Origin: an uncultured beta proteobacterium
GTDB lineage: Bacteria > Pseudomonadota > Gammaproteobacteria > Burkholderiales > Casimicrobiaceae
Length of the DNA stretch: 64,000 nt
Assembly: GCA_963793355.1 (NCBI GenBank)
Contig: CAWBZT010000005.1
Span: 132,864-196,863 of the forward strand
Direction of reading: 5' to 3'
The stretch's first letter is position 1. Every line of letters begins with the position of its first letter. Position numbers and translations under genes: made by a program. The notes under the pieces are model-generated. The model made no database searches, had not been told where the DNA came from, and was given only the letters and a program-made list of their open reading frames with translations. This document shows, piece after piece, positions 56,477 through 64,000 of the stretch.

Positions 56477-57343
56477 TCAGAGAGCCGGCAGCCGATCGAT
56501 GGCTGCGCGCAGGATCGGCGCGATCGGTCGCCTCTGAATGGCGTCGCGACCTCGCAATTCCAAGGCGCGACGCGCGGCGTCATCGCCAAGCAATTCCTGG
56601 CAGCGATCGGCAAAGTGACGAGGTTCCGCGAAGGCGACGGCGCATTGCATGTCGGGTTCGACGACCATGTCCGGATGCGAGTCCGCGACAACGGCCTTCG
56701 CGTTCGCGAGCAGGTACGACACTCGCACGATCTCGAAGACGCGGGACTCGAGCAGGTTCACGTTCAGCACCAGCTTTGACCGCGCGATAAACTCGTCGCG
56801 CTCCTTGCCGTACAGCCCGCAGAGGAACACGCACTTCAAGCCGCGCAGGCAGAGGTCATAGAAGACCTCCAGACGCGTCTGACCCGGGGTTCCGTAGATC
56901 AGCACATCGATGTCCTGTGCCACGCTCGAATCGATCCGGTCCAGGATCGGCGCCCAGCCCACGGGCACCAGCGTCACCGGATAGCGCGTCCCCATGGCGC
57001 GCCATGTCTCGATGTTCCCCTCGCTGTAATCCCACACCCGGAATCGCTGCGCGACTGTCTGGATCTGCGGCTTGAGCCGGTCGGCTGGCATGCGCGCGAT
57101 CTGCTCGAAGTTATAGACAATGGTGTCCGCCGGAAGCCGTCGCAGCTCAGAGTCGCCCAATACCTGAGAACCCAACACGATGTTCGTGCGGTCCGGCACA
57201 AACCGATTCATCGTCATCGTAGCGTCAACGCCGATGACGCCGAAGCCCCACTGCATGGTTTCGACGACTTCGCGGTAGCCCAGCAGGCCGTGCGCGAGGC
57301 CGCTGGCGGCCTCAGGGGCGATGTGGACGAGGTTGAATTTCAC
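56477..57343 (-). CDS. putative glycosyltransferase (GT-B C-terminal-like)
   Basis: DIDVLIYG and ARSKLVLNVN...FEIVRVSYLLAN; glycan gene context. Confidence 0.55.
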   Translation of the reverse strand: MKFNLVHIAPEAASGLAHGLLGYREVVETMQWGFGVIGVDATMTMNRFVPDRTNIVLGSQVLGDSELRRLPADTIVYNFEQIARMPADRLKPQIQTVAQRFRVWDYSEGNIETWRAMGTRYPVTLVPVGWAPILDRIDSSVAQDIDVLIYGTPGQTRLEVFYDLCLRGLKCVFLCGLYGKERDEFIARSKLVLNVNLLESRVFEIVRVSYLLANAKAVVADSHPDMVVEPDMQCAVAFAEPRHFADRCQELLGDDAARRALELRGRDAIQRRPIAPILRAAIDRLPAL

Positions 57344-57464
57344 GCCGGCGATTGTACCGTTCGCCCGAAGGCGGTCTGGTACATAGTCTCGTATAAGATA
57401 TGGCCTTCGGCGAGCTAGCAGCCGCTCGCCGATCTACGCAGGGTCTCCAAACGAAGGGCGACCG

Positions 57465-58145
57465 ATGATCCTGAAGCGCGTCATCCGTGATCTCTTGCAG
57501 CCCCTGATTCAGCGACCGAGCCGCCGGCCGACAGCGCACGTGAATTCTGTCCAACGTGCCATGCCGAGCGTGCTCAACGTCGGCGGCAACAGCAAGGAGA
57601 CTCCGATCCCCGAGTATTTCGATGGCTGGCACCATTTGCTTCTTGACATTGACGCCACCTGCAACCCGGACATCTTGTGCGATGCGCGTCAGCTATCGGG
57701 ACTCGAACCGGGCCAATTCGATGCGGTTTACTGCTCGCATAACCTGGAACACTACTACAAGCATGACGTAGCAAAAGTGCTCAAGGGCTTTCTGCACGTC
57801 TTGAAGCCCAATGGCTTTGCCGAGATTCGCGTGCCGGACCTCGATAGCGTAATGCGGCGGGTCGTTGCGGCGGGCTGGATATCGAGGACGATCTGTACAT
57901 CTCACCGAGCGGACCGATCACGGTGCGGGACGTGATCTACGGATTCAGCGCGCAGATCGAACGCTCTGGGGTCGATTTCTATGCCCACAAGACGGGATTC
58001 ACGCCCGCATCGCTCTACGCCACTCTATCGCACGCGGGATTCCCTCCACGTGTTCGTTGGACATTGGGATGAGGGCTTTGAAATACGTGCGTATGCGTTC
58101 AGGAGTGAGCCATCTGACAGTCAACGCACGACGTTGCACTTGTGA
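57465..58145 (+). CDS. class I SAM methyltransferase, frameshifted near 57875
   Basis: VLNVGG, LDID and FDAVYCSHNLEH; continues in another frame as DIEDDLYISPSGPITVRDVIYG...AHKTGFT. End approximate. Confidence 0.65.
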
Positions 58146-58223
58146 CGCCGCCAACGGCGCCGTTGACCAGCGACGGCCCGATGTCGATGGCACGACCGGA
58201 ACGTTCGCAACGGCCATAGGCCG

Positions 58224-59134
58224 TTAAACGAAGCGCTCGAATAGGCGCGGATACTTCTCGATGAAGGCCGTCGACAGGCCATGCTGGCGATAGACCGCCA
58301 TCGGGACCTTGGGCAGGGCCGCGCCAAACAACGAATTCGTCCATTCGAATTGAAGTACCCGGCGCAGGCCGGCGCGCACGATCGAACCCTTGTGCAGGCA
58401 CGAAGTATCGGCAAGAAAAAGGTGCCACGCGGGCCTGTGATCACTTTCCGACCCGGCTGCGAGACCGAACGGACCTCCGCATCGCTGTAACGGCCGTCGC
58501 GAGTGATCGACGGTGGTGATGCGATCCGGCGACGTACGTGTGCGGGCCGTTTTCGGGCCCGACGTCGTCCAGATAGATGAAGGCTTTCAGCCAGCGCACC
58601 CGATCCTTGTCCGAGTGATAGTACATCGCGTCTTCGACATCTTGACTTCGTTGGTGTCGCCCGCGTTGGTGATCATGCCGACCACGAAGTCGAGGATGGG
58701 GGCCGATTCCAGGAATCGTTCAGCGACCTTCAGGAGGAACGGGTCGATCCATAGATCCATGATCTGTCGGTTTTGCATCAGCAAAGCTTCATCGACCATC
58801 TCGCGGCCCGGAGCCTGGTGAGCCGTCTGCTCGAATGGCGGCATGCGTTGACAAGAATGGCCTCGGGTACACGCACCGGCGCCACCCAGTAGCCGTCTCT
58901 CTTCAGCGATTCCAGCGCATTCGCGGCGCGTGGATCAGTCGTCTCGATCAACGCCGACGGGCGCGCGTCGAGCGCGTTGTGAATGGGAGGGAAGGCAAAT
59001 GCGAAAACTTCGCTCAAATGCCGATCCACACTTTCATTGTTGTTAAAAAACTGCGAACGCAACACACGATAGCCCACGCCTTCAGTTCCCGCGCGCGCCT
59101 CGGAAATTGCGGGTAAAATCGATGTGATCGCCAA
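58224..59134 (-). CDS. PhyH-type Fe(II)/2-oxoglutarate dioxygenase, multiple frameshifts
   Basis: LKRDGY, YHSDKD (HxD), FIYLDDV...GPHTYVAGSH, ADTSCLHKG and RRVLQ across frames; stop TAA at 58224. Confidence 0.65.
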
Positions 59135-59155
59135 AGCGCGCGGCGTTTTCCTCGT

Positions 59156-60050
59156 TCAACAGATCCTTTCTCGATACTGGCGGGCCAGATCCTCCACATA
59201 GACCGCTTCCAGATTGCGCAGGCGACGCGGCTCGCCGGTGCCGTCCTTGTCGAGCGTGCAGGCGTACATGATCTTTCGGTCTTCATCGCCGAACGGATAG
59301 CGCGCCTCGCGCCGGATGATGGTGTTGGCGACCTTGTCGCCGAACAGCTTTTCAATGTCGTATGACGAATTGACAGCGCCATGTTTCCGACGTCACAAGC
59401 GTCTTGTTCTCGCCGCGGGATTCATAGCCGGAAAAATCCCATCCGATCATCACCACCGCGCGGTCGCGGCACACGCGGATGATTTCGTCGACCGCCGCTT
59501 TCGGGGTCTTGGAAGTAGGCCAGCACCCAACCGACGATGACGATGTCAAAGCTGTTCTCGGGGAACGGGATCTCATGCATGTCGCCGATGGTCACGACGG
59601 CGAGTAGGAAATCAAATCCAGCCCCTCGATGTGGCCGACCGGCACGCCGCAGCCGACCAGCGCGAACAATTCCACTTCGTTGCGCGGCCCGATGCACAGC
59701 ACGCGGGGCGACGACGTGGTGCGACCAGGCGTTGCCCGAATCGTCCTGGCCGAGCAGGCCCACCGACGACAGAATATCCACCAGCTTGCCGCCGCGATCC
59801 AAAAAGGCCGCGTTCAACATGTCCACGTTGTATTGCACCGTGCCGGTGCGTACCGCGCCGCTCCTTCCAGCGTGCGCAAGCCGGCCCCGGTGGTCATCGC
59901 GTTTTCTAGGCTGCTGCGCGCCAGGCCCTTGCGGAAGGCCGGGATCTTCATCAGCAGTTTAGAATTGGAGGCCACCTGATCCGAAAACACTTGACTCGCG
60001 CTTCGCGCCAGCAAATTGTTGATGTGATCGACTTTTTCCTCGGTGCTCAT
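59156..60050 (-). CDS. SAM-dependent methyltransferase-like, multiple frameshifts
   Basis: GDMHEIPFPENSFDIVIVGWVLAY and AVDEIIRV in separate frames. Confidence 0.55.
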
Positions 60051-60089
60051 TCGTCCCGCTCCCGTCGCGAACTTTCTTGCTGGACCATC

Positions 60090-61027
60090 TCAGGTGTTCT
60101 CGATGCCATTTTCGGAGATGACACCTCCGCCTGCCTTTTCGTAGAGCTCGCCCATGATGCTTAGGCGTTGCGGGTGGATCATGTCGTCGGATTGCATTGC
60201 GTAGTAGACGGTGGGTTCTGGAACCTCGCCCGGTGGACCCTGCTTTTGAAGGAAATCATAAACGTTGCGATCGGCACTCATCGCCTTCTGATCCCCCGGA
60301 AGCGGAATGCTCCACCAGCGGATTGCCGGTTCGCAGGACAGCTTGTCGAACATCAGGCAGTTCGGATCTACCCAGCCGCCAAATCTTTCGCGAAAGATGC
60401 CCTTCCCAGGGCCCACCGATTCCCAACTGTCCTCGCAGACGACTTGTCGAGTCAGGGATGTACAAACCACCGGTGAGAGAACGCCCAGCTCTTGCCGGTC
60501 ATTGCGCCGCTAAGCGATTGCAGGTGGTTGGGAGCCCACCAGTTATCATCGTCAAGGTAGGCGACGTATCGCGCGTCGGCCAGGTAAGTGAGAACGCTGC
60601 GCAACACGCCTCCGTCGCGCGCTGGGTGCAAACCGCCATGTCGGACGGAAGTCGAATAGCCGGGATAGAAGAGGCATGTCGTTACATTCGGGGGCCCGCT
60701 TTTCAACCACGCGATAAGATCGCTGAAGGAACCCAACGGTGCGTCGACACCGATGAGCAGTTGGATCCTGAGCGCTCCTTCCTGCGCAAAGACCGACGCT
60801 ACCGCATCCAGCGTCGTGGAACGCCCCACGGTGGGCATTACCACCGCGACATCGAACGGACGCGCCGGGTCCTGTTGCCCCCCGAAGACGCGCCAACATT
60901 GCTCGAGTCGACCGGACGCATCGTCAGACGCCGACAGCTCGGTGGAATGCGACGACTCTTGAACCTTCCGATGTTGCCGTCGTTGCCTGTAGGCCCGGAA
61001 AACGTCGGCAAGTACTTGTTTTAACAC
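60090..61027 (-). CDS. GT-A (family 2-like) glycosyltransferase, frameshift near 60460
   Basis: VAVVMPTVGR and YVAYLDDDNWW; C-terminal part in ORF 60090..60470. Confidence 0.7.
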
Positions 61028-61112
61028 GATGGCATCCCTGGATCTGCGTCCGGACCCGGCCTGAGCAAGACGGATCCCGACATATAGCTCTTGTTGTCGA
61101 CGCCGGGGGACA

Positions 61113-61480
61113 TGACCTGCCCCGGGACTCGGACCAGCTCGCTACTCTAGGCCTCGACTCTTGAAGGCGACGGATTTCGTGCGGCGTGCAGTAGTCGAGT
61201 CTTGCGCCCGCACGTAATTGTAATGGCGGCGCCAGATTTCAATGAGGACACGCGCCTCGGTTCGACTGTGAAACCAGTGGTTCTCGGCGTTGCCGTCACA
61301 CTGATCGACAGTCGTCACGCCAGCACTCGGCCGGCTGGCCCAGTCGAGCACCACGATCAGATACACAGGTCCCGCCGCATCGGGATGTAGGTCGTAGCCA
61401 TCGCCCAGACCTGGTTGGCCGGTCGATGGGCGACTCCACACAGCAGGATACGGGAGCACCGGTACCTGGCGGCAATATCG
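61113..61480 (-). mobile_element. degenerate IS3-family remnant (right IR plus integrase fragments)
   Basis: Terminal TGACCTGCCCC...GGACCAG; fragments NQVWAMATTYIPMRR, VYLIVVLDWASR and HWFHSRTEARVLIEIWRRHYN. Confidence 0.75.
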
Positions 61481-61768
61481 CCCTTTAGAGCAAGGCTTCC
61501 ACCTACCCTCGTGCCCCACCATCCGGGACCATTTCTTGCTTCTGCAGGGTTGCCCATGTACCCTCATATCGGCTGCATTTCTGGGGAGAGAATGGTCTTA
61601 CAGGCAATACAACAAGAAACGCAGCGGAAGAGCCAAAAGAGCTTCCCCACCAGCGCGGAGTCCACAGAACGTGATCAGGATCGGGTCGCGCAAGGATGGC
61701 GTGTTGCTGGTATTGCTGATCGACAAATGGTGGAGGGCTCGCGAAGCTTGGCTGGCGAGGCGCGCTGC

Positions 61769-62688
61769 GTGAACGTGCTCGTGCAATCGCTGATCGACGA
61801 CGGCCTGTTCCGTCCCGGCTTCGTGCTGTCCGCGCGGGCCTGCGCGCGCGCGGTCACAGCCATCCGCGCCACGCGCCCGTTCGGCCCTGGATTGTTCCTG
61901 AGCGCGGCGGAATTCGTTCGGAATCCGCAATATGTCGGCGTCAATCCCACGCCCGGACGCAACCTGTACGACACCCTCAGGTCTGAACTCGATTTTGTGC
62001 CTCGCGACGCCGCTCTCTCGGCCGCTATGCACGAACTGCTAGGCCCCGCGTACCAGTGTCTGAACGCGAAGATTGTGTGCGGCGTGCCCGAGCAATGGAT
62101 TCCCGCCTGGCTGCGCGAACGCATCGCGGACGTCCCGGTGAATAACCTGGGGCCTTACGTACGGTCCGAGTACCGCGACATCACGTACTTCCACGGAATC
62201 GACTACCATCAGGACATCATCGACTGGAAGGAGCGGGCGACTGACTTCCTGACGATTTACGTCTATCTGCACGATGTGAGCGCGGCCGAAGCGCCTTTGT
62301 TCGTGCTCAAGGGCAGCCATGCCTTCGGCGCTACGGTGTTTCCGCATCGGTTGACCCCGCTGGGCGACGGCGACCGCTTCGAATACGAGTCGGATCAGGG
62401 CCTCAGCCGGACTTGCGAGGTCGTCCGTCTCACCGGCCCCGCCGGCAGCATCGCCTGGTGGCACGCGGCGACGCTGCACGGCACGCGACCGAGTGTGAGC
62501 GACCTGCCGCGCCTCTCGCTGCGCCTGCTGCTGGCGCGCGATCCAGCGGTCGAACGCTGCGGACTGACGAGGTCAACGAACGCCTGCAGGGCGCCTCGTC
62601 CCTGACCAGCACCCGGCGCGACCTTTCGAGCGATGGCTCCTCCGCCATCCGCGGCAAGATGCTGACGCGTGAGGATCGCGAATCGTGA
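61769..62688 (+). CDS. PhyH-type Fe(II)/2OG dioxygenase (frameshift near 62570)
   Basis: DYHQD, IYVYLHDV, LKGSH, LHGT and RLSLR; the shifted tail ends overlapping the next GTG. Confidence 0.72.
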
Positions 62689-63491
62689 ACACCGAATCAT
62701 CCACGCCGACGCCTGCGCTCCTGCAAACGTACCAGGCCCGGTTGCTCACGCCCGTGCTCATGTTGCGGGACGAGCTGGTGCGCATGATGCGCGCCTGCGG
62801 TGCGGTTGGCGACGATCTGCTGGCGTGCATCACCGACCTCGCAGGTCGTGATCGAGGTGCCTTGTCGAGCGTCTACGACGCCATCCGCGAATCGCAATGC
62901 TTTCAATCCTTGATCCTTGCGCCGCCGTTAATCGAGGCGGCGCAGGCCTTTGTCGGCAGCCCGCACCTGCACGTCCCCTTCCGGCACTCTGTGTTCCGCA
63001 TGGACCTGCCCTCGGAATCGTTCCGTGCTTTTGCCTGGCACCAGGACTTCCCTTACAACATGCTTTCCCGGCGCGCGGCGACGGCATGGATACCGATCGT
63101 CCGAGCGGACTCCGCGAACGGCTCGGTCGACTACTGCGTAACCGCATCGGACCGCCTCTATCCCGTTCGCATCGCATGGAAACGCGGAGCGAACGGCGAA
63201 CGCCTGGGGGGGCGGGATGCGTTCATTGTAGAGCGCTACGGACCCGAGTTCGATGCGGCTGCCGAGAAGCTGAAGCTCGACGTCGGCGACTTCGTGCTGT
63301 TTGCTCCTAAACTCGTGCATCGGTCCGGCCACAATCCAGGACCCTCCGTGCGCATCTCCGTACAAGTCCGTTTCGGCGATCTATTCGATCCTGAGGTCGT
63401 GGAGCGGCGCTGGGCGAATCGACGCGCGGACGGTTTCGAGACATTCAAGCGGCTGCACCCGGAGCTTGTGGAGTGGGAGGAAGCCGAATGA
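62685..63491 (+). CDS. PhyH-type Fe(II)/2OG dioxygenase
   Basis: WHQDFPY, TAWIPI, GDFVLF...VHRSG.N and RISVQVRF. Confidence 0.82.
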   Translation: MNTESSTPTPALLQTYQARLLTPVLMLRDELVRMMRACGAVGDDLLACITDLAGRDRGALSSVYDAIRESQCFQSLILAPPLIEAAQAFVGSPHLHVPFRHSVFRMDLPSESFRAFAWHQDFPYNMLSRRAATAWIPIVRADSANGSVDYCVTASDRLYPVRIAWKRGANGERLGGRDAFIVERYGPEFDAAAEKLKLDVGDFVLFAPKLVHRSGHNPGPSVRISVQVRFGDLFDPEVVERRWANRRADGFETFKRLHPELVEWEEAE

Positions 63492-64000
63492 ACGACAGGG
63501 ACGAGACGTTGCGGACACTGCTGCGCAGACACATCGATGACGACGATCTGATCCCCAACCTCGGATCTTTCGCGCGCCGCATGCACTGGACGAAATCGCT
63601 GGCTCACTACGAGGTGTTCAAGCTCGTCGCCGATCTGCCCGGCGACATCGTGGAGTGCGGCGTCTACAAGGGCGCGTCGCTGCTGGGCTTCGCCCGCATG
63701 CTCGAGGCTTTCGCCAGCGGCGACCGTACGCGCAAGGTGTTGGGCTTCGACCGCTTTCGCGGCCTCGAGTCGCGCGAGGCCGTCGACGGCTTCGATTCCG
63801 CGGTCGGCAACACTGCACAAGGCTGGAATCCGGCCTCGTTTCGGGACACGTTGTTCGCCCTCGTCGATGCTTTCAACGCGGACAGCTTCGTGCCGGGGCG
63901 CCGGCGCGTTGAGATCGTCGATGGCGACATACGAGAGTCTGCACCGCACTACGTCGAGTCGAATCCTGGCGCCCGGATCAGCCTCCTGCATTTGGACATG
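63488..64000 (+). CDS. TylF/MycF-family sugar O-methyltransferase (runs off the window)
   Basis: Manual translation from ATG 63488: ...LPGDIVECGVYKGASL...RKVLGFDRFRG...GDI...ISLLHLDM. Confidence 0.82.
   Translation, partial: MNDRDETLRTLLRRHIDDDDLIPNLGSFARRMHWTKSLAHYEVFKLVADLPGDIVECGVYKGASLLGFARMLEAFASGDRTRKVLGFDRFRGLESREAVDGFDSAVGNTAQGWNPASFRDTLFALVDAFNADSFVPGRRRVEIVDGDIRESAPHYVESNPGARISLLHLDM

Overview
This is a high-GC chromosomal window whose gene order and protein sequences suggest a Betaproteobacterium (inference). The housekeeping backbone is dcd, apbC, metG, uvrA, an MFS transporter, ssb, mnmA, a NUDIX hydrolase, hda, an AI-2E transporter, purM, purN, an RsmB-like methyltransferase, MscS, a desaturase, rpmG, rpmB and radC. 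Four accessory blocks interrupt it. (1) A six-gene hyf-like membrane complex whose large subunit lacks the NiFe cysteine ligands (Ehr type). (2) A roughly 20-kb operon of three tandem giant soluble TPR-(GAF)5-7-HisKA-HATPase-REC-REC hybrid kinases, followed by a stand-alone Hpt and a REC-class III nucleotide cyclase with an atypical specificity residue. (3) A four-gene cassette between rpmG and the desaturase: a twin-Arg-leader protein with four Cys and many Ser/Thr, then a hairpin, a PqqD/RRE protein, an HprK-related kinase and a nucleotidyltransferase. It sits behind a sigma54 promoter and a TGT-N11-ACA palindrome and looks like a RiPP-like protein-modification system. (4) From about 55.4 kb, a lower-GC glycan-tailoring island (GalE-like, glycosyltransferases, methyltransferases, three PhyH-type dioxygenases, a TylF-like protein) with an IS3 remnant. 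Clustered single-base indels (20.0-22.1 kb, 26.7-27.05 kb, 55.1-55.3 kb, 57.9-62.6 kb) may be assembly errors. No rRNA, tRNA or CRISPR array was recognised. All calls come from motif recognition by eye; no searches were run.
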